Part shown: in pieces, positions 39,200-53,565 of the stretch
How the letters are laid out: the number at the start of each line of letters is the position of its first letter
How positions within the stretch are numbered: the first letter of the stretch is position 1
Assembly: GCA_951406725.2 (NCBI GenBank)
Contig: OX597833.1
Coordinates: 38,564,001-38,628,000, forward strand
Reading direction: 5' to 3'
DNA length: 64,000 bases
Source: Octopus vulgaris
Lineage: Eukaryota
The notes under the pieces: generated by a model
What the model saw: only the letters and a program-made list of their open reading frames with translations
Databases searched by the model: none
What the model was told of the DNA's origin: nothing
Position numbers and translations under genes: made by a program

Positions 39200-39684
39200 A
39201 CCTGTTGAGGCAAGTGAAATCAAAATTAAATTCGTTGACTGGCATCCATGCTAGTGGAGCGTTAAGAGTACCATATGAGCATGATCGTTGCCAGAGCAAC
39301 AAACTCGCCTCTGTGCCGGTGGCACGTAAAAGCACCATTTGAGCCTGATCATTACCTGTGTCGCCTTACTGGCACTTGTTCTGGTGGTACGTGAAAAAAC
39401 ATTTGACCGAGGTCGTTGCCAGTGCCACTGGACTGGCTCCTGTGCAGGTGGCACATAAAAAGCACCATTTAAGCGTGGCTGTTGCCAGTACTGCCTGACT
39501 GGCCCTCGTGTGGGTGGCACGTAAAAGCACCCACAACACTCTTGGAGTGGTTGGCATTGTAGAAACTCTGCCAGATCAGATTGGAGTCTGGTGCAGCCAT
39601 CTGGTTTGCCAGACCTCAGTCAAATCGTCCAACCAATGTTAGCATGGAAAGCGGACGTTAAACGATGATGGTGATGATGATGAT

Positions 39685-39685
<1 letters not shown>
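39200..39685 (+). mobile_element. RTE-tailed repeat family 4 with tandem internal units
   Basis: Four ggtggcacgtaaaagcacc-like units; (GAT)n tail. Confidence 0.7.
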
Positions 39686-39745
<60 letters not shown>

Positions 39746-40059
39746 CAACAATAGTATATGACAAGTACTACAACTCCATTGCTGTCAAATCTTAAAAAGT
39801 AAGTAAATTTCCATTCAACTATGGAGTCCAACATATACAAAAGACAGGCAAAGAATATGGGATGATCACAACTGGTCGGTCGACTCTTCCAGGTCTACTC
39901 AACCAGCACTGACTTGGAGATAAAACAATAACTACAGATTAAATACATTACCTACAATAATACCAACAACAATTATTATTAACAAAACTACTATGCCGCC
40001 ACCACCAACGCCGCCGCCGCCGCCACCACCACCACTACTACTACTCTTTACTCTCTCTT

Positions 40060-40470
40060 TTACTCTTTTACTTGTTTCAGTTATTTGACTGTAGTCATGC
40101 TGGAGCACCGCCTTTAGTCGAGCTATTTCAACACCAGGACTTATTCTTTGTAAGCCTAGTACTTATTCTATCGGTCTCTTTTGCCGATCCGCTAAGTTAC
40201 GGTGATGTAAACACACCTGTATTGTTTGTCAAGCGATGTTGGGGGGACAAACACATACACACAAACATACACACACACACACACACATATATATATACAT
40301 ATATATGACAGGCTTCTTTCAGTTTCCGTCTACCAAATCCACTCACAAGGCTTTGGTTGGTCCAAGGCTATAGTAGAAGACACTTGCCCAAGGTGTCATG
40401 CAGTGGGACTGAACCCGGAACCATGTAGTTGGTAAACAAGCTACTTACCACACAGCCACTCCTATGCCTA
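40060..40470 (-). mobile_element. SINE family 2
   Basis: Consensus match. Confidence 0.85.
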
Positions 40471-40788
40471 ACTACTACTAATAATAATGATGATCATCAT
40501 ACTCATTAGTATTAAGGCAGGCCAATGTCTCTCATTAGGTCATTTCATTTTGTGTTCTTTAATTCAATGTTAAAGAAACCAAGACATAAAAAACTTCCTA
40601 TAACTATATACCAGTAATTAACTGCCAGTCCAATACCATTAAATTCTTCACCACTCACCATTCCTTCTTTTTAAAGATCATTACTTCATATCTTCAAGTT
40701 CCAATGTCAAATCAAACATTTTATTACTTGTCTATTTTTGTTTGTCATACATTCATAACTATTAGTGAGAGGAAATTAAAGTACCTAC

Positions 40789-40967
40789 CTCTGGCAATAT
40801 TGATTAAAGTTGCAGTCTTCTTCATTACGTCCAGTTCCTTGTGACCAATCAAATGATATGTTTGTGGTGTTAAAGCACAGGTTATCACAACATAGTCACA
40901 CAATGGTAACATGTCCATCAAGCTACTATAAAACTGAGCGTCTACTTTTGCTTCCTCTTCTTCGGAC
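40789..40967 (-). CDS. 2-hydroxyacid dehydrogenase copy C, exon 3
   Basis: 179 bp, canonical splice sites. SEEEEAKVDAQFYSSL...INIARG. Confidence 0.9.
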
Positions 40968-42010
40968 CTGTTGAAGAAATTGATTAATTCATTAATTGTG
41001 TATTCTAACCAAAATATTAACTAGTTTCTGGAATGTGTTTGAAGAATAGTATTTTGTTCTTACAGTTTTGCATCTATTTTTAGTATTGTAAAGGATGAAT
41101 TTACAGCTGGAATAAAAGTGGTGTTTGCAGTAGAAATACTTTGTACTGCAAAGACTCAGGTAAGAAGCAGGTGTGGAACTTCTGTTGTCATGCAGGTAGA
41201 CAGTTCAATCAAGGATAGAATTATGACATAAGCACACACCTTAATAATGTGAGACAATAAAACCAAGATATCTTGTGTGTTATTGCTTGCTTTGTTAGAA
41301 ATTGCAGCCAAATTTATTTCATATCACAATGCACTATCAAAGAAAGAAAGGGATAGATGAAATAGTGTAGTCTTCAATAAACTGTTCGAATAATACAGGG
41401 GTTGCTTTTGTTCTGAAGTCTGCAGGGTCAGGGCTGATCTGAGACTAAACAACAACTGTTCAATAACTTTATAGTTTGAACTCAAAACTATGTGGTTAGT
41501 AGTTTTATTGTAGCATCTCATTCAATATCACTGTGTTAACTAACAAGACATCAATTACATGGCTAATTAAGTCATCTTTTGGGAAACTGATCAAGCGATC
41601 TTGTTATTGCTTGCAAACCTTTGGTCTTCTCTCTCTTTTCTATTGTTGCTATAATGGACCCTGTATTTTGAAGCTTGTTGGTCTCCTAACCCCTTCTACA
41701 CTGCCCACCACCATACTGTTTGTCGCCCCCCACCTCTCATCACCCCTATTGGACAAACCATGATGCCTAATTCTTCATCTAAGAGTATTGGCTCTCTGGA
41801 ATCTCCTCCCTCATATCTTTCCAAAGTTTCTGACCTGCAATATTTTAAACAGAACACAAACAGCATCTATCTAACCAGTCTTCGAAAACCTACAAGAGTT
41901 ATGGGTTTGTTCCTCTTCCTCCAGACTCAAAAAGTATTTAAAATTCATGCATCTTTCCTTCAATTCACTTGTCATAATGTCCCATACACAAATATACTTG
42001 AAACACTCAC

Positions 42011-42185
42011 CTTTGCCTTCTTTGATGATACAACACCTTCATTTCAAAAGCATGAACTCTGATTGCCAGCTTGTAGCCAATGGTTCCCATTCCAATTATT
42101 CCAATCGAATTTCCTGTGACGTCATGTGCCAAAAGTTCTGGTGGATACAAACTTGTTTTCAATGTCTTTGGAAAATATTCAGCAC
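42011..42185 (-). CDS. 2-hydroxyacid dehydrogenase copy C, exon 2
   Basis: 175 bp, GMGTIG motif; 3 nt differences from copy A exon 2 by manual count. Confidence 0.9.
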
Positions 42186-42191
42186 CTGAAG

Positions 42192-42197
<6 letters not shown>

Positions 42198-42271
<74 letters not shown>
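42198..42271. repeat. (AAT)n microsatellite abutting the exon-2 acceptor of copy C
   Basis: Directly visible. Confidence 0.95.
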
Positions 42272-42272
<1 letters not shown>

Positions 42273-42339
42273 CTTAGCACAGTTTGCATAACATTCATTC
42301 CCACCTAAAAAAAAAAAAAATTATAGTTCAAGTCTTTCC

Positions 42340-43510
42340 GAATTCTTTGAGATCAACGCAGTTGAGAGAATTCTTCTTTTTGTTTTAGAGGGTCGTCTCT
42401 AGGAGGCGAATACATTTCAGTTAGATCTCTGTCTGGCTCTTGAAGGACCACAAACATCTGGGTTAAGTCATCAGTTGGGTTAATTTTTCTTGGTGATGCC
42501 AATTGTTTCGTAGATACTGTGGTTTCGCGACCGTCTGGGTAACGAACGTTGGCGTATTTGGGGTTGGTTTCAATTAAATCAGTTTGGTCAACGATAGGGT
42601 CATACTTGCTAGTGCGATTGTTCCTTTGCAGAAGCGCAGGTTTTGGGTTGAGAAGCCATGATGGTATTGATGTTCCTGTATCTGAACGTCTTTGATAGTT
42701 AAAGAGACGTTCATGAGGAGTGGCATTGGTAGATGCACAAAGTAGAGATCTGATTGAATGCAGCGCATCTGGAAGAACATTTTCCCATGACGATACTGGA
42801 AGGGCACGAGTTTTCAAAGAGAGTAGTACTGATTTCCAAATAGTACCATTATATCTCTCTACATGACTGTTCCCAGTGGGATTGTATGGGGGTTATTTGT
42901 TGCAATGTCCTTACTGAGGAGCCATTCTCTCAATTTTGTAGACATAAAGGCAGTTCCACGATCGGAATGTACATAACTGAGCATACCAAAAACTGAAAAC
43001 AAGTCTGTAAAACATCTTATTACAGTCTGAGCTGATGTGTCAGATGCTGGATAACCAAACGGAAACCTAGAGTATTCGTCAATAATTGTTAGAAGATGAA
43101 GATGGTTCGTGGAGGGAATCGGGTCTTTGAAATCAATTGAAATTCACTTGAATGGCTGTGTGACCTTAATTAAGTTAACTAAGTTTGGTCTATAATATTG
43201 TGATTTCACTTCTTGACATATAGAGCAATTCCTACAAATTTATTTCACGTTCCCCAACGAATATGGAAGATTTCTACTGCGGACGGAATGATGCAGGGCG
43301 TACTACACCGGGATGGCACAGTGCTGCATGCAACCCATGAAGTGAATGTGAACTGATTGCTGAACAGCGTACCCTTGTGAATGCATCCGGTGCGATGTTA
43401 TTGGATCCTGGGCGATGTGAATATCATACGAGTATGGAGATAACGCAATGCGCCATCACATAATTTTATCATTTTTAATTTTGCTCGTCGCTTTATAACT
43501 TGACATCTGC
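42340..43510 (-). mobile_element. Gypsy integrase remnant (second family) in copy C intron 1
   Basis: HPGV, IIDEYSRFPF, HSDRGTAFMS and WENVLPDALHSIRSLLC.STNATPHERLF motifs. Confidence 0.85.
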
Positions 43511-43679
43511 ATTTTATCCAAGCACCCCGAAGGACCCAACCCTCAGAAATATACATGAGTACGTCCTCATAAATGAAACATTCCCTGTACTAAATAGGAA
43601 ATATATGTAGCAGGTAATCATGCCCCATACCCACAGTTTATATTTATATACAGGTAGAATAGCTAGTGGACTGTTATGT

Positions 43680-43948
43680 AGATGTATGTATGTGTGTGTA
43701 TGCGTGTGTATGTGTGTGTGTGTGTATACGTATATGTATATGCACATGTATGTAGGCAAATGGATTTGAATGTAAACAGATAGACATACAGACACACACA
43801 CGGATACGCAAATGAAAGCTGCTACACATGACTATATACACACACTTCACTTCACACAAGGACACATATGGAAACACACATCTACACCTATGGAAATACA
43901 CGTCCGTACATACAGACACAGTACATAGTCACAAAAACCCATACACAT

Positions 43949-43984
<36 letters not shown>

Positions 43985-44404
43985 AAGAGACAGAGGTACA
44001 CACACATGCAAGCACACACACACACACACGTAAACACACAAACACGAACGCACAAATACACAAACTCATGAATATGCAGAATACATACAAACGTACATAT
44101 ATATATATATACAAATATACATACGCACACACACATGCACACACACTTACATGCATACATACATACGTAATACATGCATACATACATACATGTGTATGCG
44201 CACACACACTGAACCATACACATGCGCACAAACAAACAAAAAGAACGCAGCTTGGATAATGGACAGAGTCAATGACTATTGAAAATGTTGCAAGACGCAA
44301 CGAAAATTTTAGGAAAAATAAATAAGTAAATGAATGGATACTTTACTGGTGAGTGTGTTAAATAATAAGGCACTAAAAGAGAATGCCTCTCCCCAGGCAC
44401 AACA

Positions 44405-44437
<33 letters not shown>

Positions 44438-45081
44438 TGTATGTATGTATGTATGTATGTATGTATGTATGTATGTATGTATGTATGTATGTATGTATGT
44501 ATGTATGTATGTATGTTTGTATGTATGTATGTATGTCATTATTCAGTTTATTTTAAGATTTCTTGCCAATAGAGAAAGAACCGGTTTCTAACTTAGACCC
44601 AAGGCTCCTTCATTGGAATTCCAACATCAACAGCAGGGCATTTTTGTTTGTATGTATGTATGTGCAGATTTGTATATTTTAAGTATGGATTCTCATGCAT
44701 ATAGTTGCATATCTAGACATGCTCATATATATTTAAATGATAAAATTCTGGAAGTTTTACAGATTTTTACAGTTTCAGTGATGGATTGGATCTATGGATG
44801 TATGTATTTTAAATTTGTTTATGAGAATATGAATATTTGCAACTAAAGCTCCTATTCCATTATGCCGGCCATAGTTTAATGATGCTGACCAGTGAACTAG
44901 TTTTTTGGATTGCATCGAGCTATATATATATATATCCTATATTATATTCATACTACACACACACACACACGTGTATATATATATGCATATATATATGTGT
45001 GTGTGTATGTGTGTGTGTGCGTGCGTGTGTGTGTGTGTATGTATATATACGCACACATACATATGACTGAATATGTATACA

Positions 45082-45126
<45 letters not shown>

Positions 45127-45140
45127 GTATATGTATATAC
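43680..45140. repeat. Compound (CA)/(TATG)/(TA) microsatellite field
   Basis: Directly visible. Confidence 0.9.
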
Positions 45141-45142
45141 CT

Positions 45143-45356
45143 TATAAGCAGATTACACCGTTGAATCATCCATCAATTATTTGTAACCTCTATAACTTTA
45201 TACTGGACTGCACTGTTATGTCAACAATGATAATAAGTACTTTACTGAGTTATGGTCATTGATACTATAACACTGTCTGCAGTCCAGTACAAATCTTAAA
45301 GGTTACTAATCAGCGTTACGTGATTTCTGAAGATCTGACAATGCAGTCTGCTTATA
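45143..45356. mobile_element. Palindromic MITE-like element
   Basis: Nested inverted arms tataagcagattaca/tgcagtctgcttata, gtaacct/aggttac and tactggactgca/tgcagtccagta. Confidence 0.6.
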
Positions 45357-45620
45357 CTGTATCCCTTATATGACAGATTTTTTCCCACTGTTAATGTAAG
45401 ATGACGTAACTAAATAATTACGTTTTGGTAGAATTTGATTAGAGTAAATATGATAAATGAGTGAATGGATGTAGAAAATATAAAAATAACCCAAAATGAA
45501 ACTCAAGAAAATTATAGAGCAAGACTGAACTATAAGATGCTAAAAATTATTGAAAAGAGGCAGAAATAAACACCATCGTTTTTGATGTGTTCTAAAAAAT
45601 AAATGGAAACTTTTACTTAC

Positions 45621-45996
45621 ACTGAACTATTTTTCTTGACATTGCCAATAATAGTGCCATTCCAAAATTTGCGGCAGCTACTCCATCTTGGATGCTATGA
45701 CCAATCCTAATGCCACGCGATTTAGCCCATTTAGTGTCAACACAATCAATACCAATGCCAAGGAAGGAAATAATTTTAAGATTTACCAATTTCTCAAGTA
45801 ATTCAAGGATTCCTTGGCTTTTTTTTAGGCCCGAATTTATATACAAGCCAACGATTTTCTTACAGATTGAGGGATTTTGTTCCAGTTCTTTCAGAGCCAC
45901 CAAATTTTGATTACGGACTACAACATTTATGAAAAAACTCTTGAAATCAGGCAATTCTTCACAAAGATTTTCACAAAGACTTACTACCGAAGCCAT
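45621..45996 (-). CDS. 2-hydroxyacid dehydrogenase copy C, exon 1 (spliced protein 327 aa)
   Basis: MASVVSLC...LGIGIDCVDTKWAKSRGIRIG. 376 bp, GTAAGT donor. Confidence 0.9.
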
Positions 45997-46944
45997 AATA
46001 TTGCTGTTATTCAGATAAAAAAAAATATTTCACAACGAACTGAAAAGATTGAATAAATTAAAATCTACATGTAATAAAGGACCAATTATTTTCTATATTA
46101 ACCCTTTCTGTGATAAAAATTGATAGACCTTCTATAATGCAGAACTCTGTACTGTCTGACTACCCTAAAGGCTTCTTTTGAAATAAAATAAAACTTCACG
46201 AGTTTTTGTTTCGTTAACACCATAAAAAATGGAAATAAAAAAAAATGTCTACGATATGTATTAGTTTATAATATATATATTTTTTATCTTTCGGTTGATT
46301 GTACTTCACAATTAACACAACATTTTGGGATTGCAAACGTGATGTTAAATATTCACGATGTTTTATATTCTATCATCTTTCCTTATTATAATTATTCTAG
46401 TATATCCATGCCTCACCAGTTAACATATATTAACACAGGTGACATATGACACGAACCTTTACATAGTCTGTATTAGATAAAATATATCTCTTTACTGACT
46501 GGAAAGTAATCGTACAATTTGTTATGCAGAATTTAATATGCGCATATCTGTAAAAGCTGGAATCACACATATGTGCGCACGCACATCATCTGATATAATT
46601 TTTTACTCAACCCTTCACAATTCTTTTATATGGTCATTTAATCTGCCAGAAACAACAACCAAATTTCTCTTAAATATCATATTAAAAAAAGAACGAAGAA
46701 GACATTAGATAATGTGGTGACTGATAGATAATAGAATGATATATATTTAAGTTGTGAGTGGTAGATTGAGATAAGAATTTAATATAGATTTGTGGTAAGT
46801 AGACATATATATTTCGTAGACGCTTTCGTTTTATCAGAAGTTAAAAAATGTTTTTATTATAAATTCTTCTTAGTTTACATTTTAACCGTATATGATATGA
46901 ATACAGAAGTGTATAAAAGATTGCTAATGATTTAAAAGACCGAA

Positions 46945-47145
46945 GAAGACTGGCAAAATTGTTACCACGCTGGCCGAAACGCTTAGCGGTATTTCTCCCG
47001 TCGCTACGTTCTGAGTTCAAATTCTGCCAGGGTCGACTTTGCCTGTCAGGGTCGATAATTTTAGTACCAGTGAAAAACTGGGGTCAATGTAATCGACTAG
47101 TCCTCTACCCCAAATTTCAGGTCTTGTGCTTTTGTGGAAAGGATT
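46945..47145 (+). mobile_element. SINE family 1
   Basis: Consensus match; tttaaaagaccgaag is repeated on both flanks (TSD-like). Confidence 0.8.
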
Positions 47146-47559
47146 TAAAAGACCGAAGGCAGAGTTGAGTCAGTAGCTTTAGAAAATACATATACCACAT
47201 TTAAAGACCACAAATCCAATTTCGTTAACAAATCTTTAGCTGAACTCATTCATTCAACATTTAGCAAACATATTTTATGTAAGATACTACTAAAAATTAA
47301 ACTAGAATTACCTTTATCTCTATGGAAATTTAGTGAGAGTGGTCACAAATTTTGAAGTATGCAAGTGTTATGAATGTCAGAAGGCAGTTTAAACAAAACA
47401 TAATTGTTTTAAAGTAGGAACGAGTGCTGACAAGTAGTAAAAGATGATCATTTCTGACTCACTCTCAGGAAAATTATGTGAGTCAAGCGAAATAACGTCT
47501 GTATATGAGTTAGGTTACGTCTTATAACTTACATTTGCACAAATGATTCTGTGGAAGAC

Positions 47560-49200
47560 GTTAGAAAAACATGCAAAGTGTTGTTTTTATACTTCGTTGC
47601 TTTAAAGCAATACTGAGCATTCTAGCATAATTACATGCTGAAAGTGATTGAATGTACATGTTGAGAACTGATAATTTCAGGCATTTCTGAACAATTTTAT
47701 AAAACATTGCGTATTGTTTATCACCTTTCAGATGAACTGCAGCAGTTTCTATGGTAAAAAGAAAATACTGACTTATCCACTATTTTGAACTATGCAGTTG
47801 CAACCTGCCCAAATCAGCCATACTTAAAAGCGTTTGGAAATATTGTGATGATTTAATTGCAAAATATACCAAGAGAAAATGGTGCAAACTGTATTAGGTA
47901 ATTGGTATACAAATGTTGATCTTGTAAGGACTCTACATGAACAGTGTATGGCATGTGTTGGTACAGTGCATGAACAGGGTGTGGCATGTGTTGGCGGCGA
48001 GCTGGCAGAAACGTTAGCACGCCGGGCGAAATGCTTAGCGGTATTTCGTCTGCCGCTACGTTCTGAGTTCAAATTCCACCGAGGTCGACTTTGCCTTTCA
48101 TCCTTTCGGGGTCGATAAATTAAGTACCTGTTACGCGCTGGGGTCGATGTAATCGACTGATTCCCTTTGTCTGTCCTTGTTTGTCCCCTCTATGTTTAGC
48201 CCCTTGTGGGTAGTAAAGAAATAGGTACAGTACATGAACAGGATATGGCATGTGTTGGTACAGTGCATGAACAAGGTATGGCATGTGTTGGTACAGTACA
48301 TGAACAGGGTAAGGCATGTATTGGTACAGTGCATGGTTATAAGATGTCATTAGATGCAGCATTAAAGGGAAAAGGCAGGGACGTCTGTCGAAGTACGGAT
48401 GACCAGTTTTTATGGTGTGGAGTTACGTGTGTTGAAATAATTTGGTAACCGTGGTGTTATTCAGTTGTCAACATACGAAGAAGTCAATCTAACCCTTGAA
48501 ATTTCCAGGTTTTACAGAAACGTATCGGTTATCCATCCCATGCCCTTCAATTGTTAACACATACAATAAATTTATAGGCAGAGGTAGATTTACTGGATGG
48601 GTTATCGAACCGTTACAAAACCCATATTCGCTCAAAAAAGTGGTACCACCAACGTATTTTCCACATTCTCGATATAACTGTGGTACAATAACTACTTTTA
48701 ATCTGACATAACGAACCTGAGAATGTATCAAACATAAAGCTAAGAAATTTCAAGATGAGCATTTCTGACTCACTCGAGAGATCAGGAAAATTCAAGTTAA
48801 CCAAAAGATGACGCCCATCACTAAGCGAAATGGAAAGGCAAATACTAGCCAAAAATTCCAGAGGGCCGACAGCTCCAATGCCTAATAGGTCGATCTGTAT
48901 GGATGGTATAGATTACTGGTCCCAGTACATGGTAGGCAGCAAGATGAGGAGATGCAAGAATCTAGGCTGTAAGCCCATTACAAGGGTTATCTGTAATGTT
49001 AATTTTTGCTTTACCTCAAAAATCAAACTGTTCCAAGTACATTACACTGAATAAAAAGAGTTTTTATTTTTCTATATCAAAAAGACACTTTTTATTGTTA
49101 TTCTTGTGTTTTTAGATAACCTTGAGGTGATAATAAATTACATAGCAAATATTTATTTAAACGTTTTTATTGACTTTCTTTGCATACTGTTGCTTTAAAT
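47560..49200 (+). mobile_element. Decayed piggyBac transposon
   Basis: NWYTNVDL...CVGTV, CPSIVNTYNKFIG and a Cys-rich C-terminus RRCKNLGC..ICNVNFCF. Confidence 0.75.
47936..48335 (+). repeat. 33-bp minisatellite (5 units) split by a SINE family 1 insertion (~47993-48225)
   Basis: Unit CATGAACAGGGTATGGCATGTGTTGGTACAGTG. Confidence 0.85.
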
Positions 49201-49925
49201 TAACGAAGCTCCAAATATTCACACATACGTGACAATTTGCATTGTCATGAATTTTTCCTGGCGCCAACCATATCAGTCTAATAGATAATCAGTAAACTTT
49301 TAGTAAAAACTGTTACTGAAATTCAGACAGTTATCATCAGACATATTGTACTATGCTAAATCTATATATTAAGTTCCCACCCATTATCAGAGGTTTCTCC
49401 AGGGATGATGGTCAATTAATTGTTGAAAATTGTCCCCTGAAAACCCCTAAAAGAATTTCTGTAACTGTTTGAAGCAATTTAAATTGAAATGAAGATTGAC
49501 TCTAACCTTACGGTAGTTAACTGACTTGATGTTACATTCAACCTTAACAACTCGCAGCTTTCATAGTTTAAGAAATCTAACGAATCATTGCACTACACTA
49601 GCAAACTTTCTAACGACTCTAAGAACTATTTAGATAGTCATTCCACAATATATCATTGTGTATTTCTAACCTCTTTTGATTGAAACTATTTTCTATATCA
49701 CTTTTGAAATGTGATCGTTTCGTTGATTTAGTTGAATATATAAAAAGAGATAATCTAACATCTAACCCAATAGAAAAATATAGCTTTCCCCATCCATTTA
49801 TCAAACCAAGATCCAAACAACAAAAATTTTCAATAAAACTATTGAATAAACAATTTTCTCTCCCATTTTGTGTACCAAATAAAACGAGGGTGACTTTCTT
49901 TTGGAAGATGATTGAGTACGTTAAA

Positions 49926-51640
49926 TCTCCCTATATTAAAAGTGAAATGGCCGAAAGTTGTATGTTTGCGTGTCTCATTTAGTGGTTATGAAGGGTTCAA
50001 TGGCAGTAGGCGTGCTCGGATAGCGGTGAAAATTTACAGGGACATGGGAAATGAGGCGAGAAAGCGACTGGACTAGGTTAGAAATTTCCATCTCAAAAGC
50101 TATGGTTATGAGGGCAACAAAACCCATTTTCGATCGATTCTGCAAGCTGTGGAGGTCGTGTTTTGTGGGCGATTTTAATAAAAAGCACACTTGCATAATC
50201 TACAGGCTCTTCTGTTTAATAGTTCGTCGATTTTTTGTGAAAATTGTTGTTTAACAGAAAAGATTTTATGAAGTGAAAAAATGTTACATTTTTAGTTGTT
50301 TTACCGTTTGATTTTTTTTTTTTGCTGCTTGCATCTTTGATTTATTCTGCATAAAAATTATACCACCCGGTAGGATTTGATGAGAAATATTTTTTTGGAT
50401 TTTGATTCGTTCAAAAATTCCGCCGATAAGTATAAAAATAATCAAGTTTACGGTTATTTTTCATTTTACTTTCTCGATTTAGTGGCACGAGACGATAGGT
50501 GTGATTTTTTCGCGTTTCACCGAGAAGGCTTATCGATTTTTAAAATTAATGACGCGTCAATAGTTTCACACAGTACAATGCTATTATGTTTCTACTTTAT
50601 CCTTACTTGCATGGATAGATAGGTCCGTTATTAAAGCTGAATTACTTTTATTCCATTGCTACTTAAGCATCTTAATTCAACGGTCATAGAAATAAATGCC
50701 TCTCGATTTCTTCAAAAAATTACAATGGTTTCCTACTTCTTTGAACATTAATTTTCCTATGAGCTATATTTATATTTATATATTATATATTTTATATTTT
50801 ATCTAGTTTCAGCTCACGAGCTGTGGCCATGCTGGGGCACCGCCATTCGGTGTTGCTACATGATTTTACTTCACGAATGCTTTTTAGCGATTGCCATTTG
50901 GTGCATGAGAGAGTTCGATGCAGCTGCCCTCATCTGCACCTCCTATTTCTTCACTTTATTATCTTTTTCACTTTTTGGTGAACACTTCATCCAATGTAAA
51001 CCAATATGATTTTGTTAGTTGTTAAGTTTATTAACCTAAGGCCTTATTTTTCATGTTTTTTTAGTACCCATGCCATCTATATCGCTTTTTGGATGGTTGC
51101 GTCATTTCAAATGCAACTGTAAGCTACGTGTTTTATTTTCATGAAGACTGTTCACCCGTATTTAACAATTTTTTTTCTTTTTCGGCCACAGTCATCTTAA
51201 AATCCCACGCCGTCCTCTCAACGCTGCACAATTCTCTCTTCTTATTGAACATCAGTTGCATATGTGCCAACCTCCCGTTAGCCCGAGTAAGCCTTCCATT
51301 AAATTTTTCCTTTCTCATTTTCCCCAACCATTCAGTTTGCATTTTGTCTTTTAGGATTGGAAAACACAGGTGGGGTGGGGTGTCAAAAGGACTGGCATGT
51401 GCAACCTGATCACTTCTGCCAGTCAAATTCCTGTCTCATGCGTTCACTTCGTGACACTGATTCTACGAAATTGAGTTGGGTTTGAGTAATTGCTTTTTGA
51501 GAGACTGTATTATTCATTTGCATACTTGCTTTTTCAATCAGTTTTTTTTTAATAAACTTTCCATTATTTTTAAAGACTTTTAATTTTTTTTAATGTGGCA
51601 GTTCGAGAATAGACCCGAATGAAATCCAGTCAAAAACTAG
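49926..51640 (+). mobile_element. ~1.7-kb non-autonomous Helitron
   Basis: A|TCTCCCTATATTAAAAG 5' end, degenerate hairpin gacccg..ccagtc, and CTAG|T 3' end. Confidence 0.6.
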
Positions 51641-52053
51641 TTCTTAAATATTCCTAATTCTGTTAACAGAAAATTCACCTTTCCTCACTTGAATATAATA
51701 ACAATACCCGATATAATAACTGTCCAATTACAGTTATAAAACTTAGTATTCTGATGACTGATTATTCACGATCTCCTACTCTTAGCAGACATATTGAACG
51801 CTAAGAAGAGTTCAAGAACGAGATTCTATTAAAATGTGTTGTATTTCTAAACTTCCAAATCATTCGCTAATATTGTATGTCTAACATTTCTGTCTCCACT
51901 CTTTACCTTCCTATGCGTCAACAAATCCTGTATATGCAATATTGTGACAAGATCTTTTCAGTTTGATTCACAGGGTCTAATTTTACAGAAAATTTTTGCG
52001 CAGATGTAGTTTACTGTTTGTACACCAGTTACGAAAGATAGAAAAGAAATTAC

Positions 52054-52335
<282 letters not shown>

Positions 52336-53311
52336 TGAACAATAAAAACAGATATGGACCTTTAAAGACTAAAAATTTATCATACATGGCGTCCATAAAA
52401 TACTTTTACAATTTGAAAAATTCAGACAAAAAAAAACATAAGAATAACTCAGCAGAATTTATTGGAAAACAACGGCAAACAAATATTATAAACATCAGAA
52501 CACTTTCACGTGGATTCTATTGATTACACATAACCTGATGAGTTATCCATATATTTCTTTCTAAATTTTTCGAATTTGTAAAGATAATTTATGGACACTG
52601 TGTATTAATAAGGCCTCACTCATGCCCTCATTTCATCTGTTGGTTAAAAGACGCCTACACATGCGTCTCGGATATTATCATACCTATAACCGAAGGAAAA
52701 GGTGATTTAAAATAGTAAAAGTTTGGAAACAATTATTTAGGAATGATTATTCATGATCTCCTGCTTAGGATTTAGCCGTTATTTCAAGCAAACCTTATTG
52801 AGGCCCCTCGCTCTTTTTTGTCTGCTGATTCAACCAGCATCTACACGATGAGAAAATGATCAGTTGTGTCAAAAAACATTCGAAATGTTAGTTTGGGGCC
52901 AACGCGCGTGTTCCAAAACATGGGAGGAAAATTGGGAGAAGATTTTTAAAAAAAGCAAAACTTGAAAATAATTTTTTTTTCATACTCGTAATTTCTGAAT
53001 TATTCCACGCAGAATTCATAACAAAAAAGTGAATTTTGTTTTTACTCATTTCGAAATTTACAAATAAAAATAACCCCCAGCAGAAAAAAAAAAAAAAACT
53101 CAAAAAAAAAACTATCATTACTGATTTAATTTCAATGATTAATTGATTTTTATTAATATTTTTACCGATGTTGTCATTGCCGGCATTGCCTTTGTTGTCA
53201 TCGTCGCCATCGTTGCCATCGTTGTTGTTGTTGTTGTTGTTGTTCTTGTTCTTGTTCTTCTTCTTCTTACTGTATTTAAAACCACCAATAATGCAGATGA
53301 AAATGTCTCTC

Positions 53312-53565
53312 CTAGTCTAGTATCACTTCAGACAACATTGGTTCACCACGGAGACCAAGCTCCATGTTTTTGAAGGCTGTGTCGAACAATTCATATGCTA
53401 CCTCTTTTGTGTTTGAGGCACAGTGTGGTGTAATGATAACATTTGGGAAGTTGTAAAGTTTGTGGTCTACTGGCAAGGGTTCAGGTGTAGTGACGTCCAG
53501 GGCAGCTCCTGCAATCCTTCCTGATTCCAATGCATCAACAAGAGCACTATGGTCAATGATATCTC
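53312..53565 (-). CDS. 2-hydroxyacid dehydrogenase copy D, exon 4
   Basis: 254 bp. GDIIDHSAL...ITPHCASNTKEVAYELFD...EVILD*. Confidence 0.9.

Noticed and set aside
47936-48335. 33-bp repeats and SINE multimers resembling a CRISPR array
   Set aside because: Contiguous tandem units with no unique spacers and no cas genes, in a eukaryotic context.
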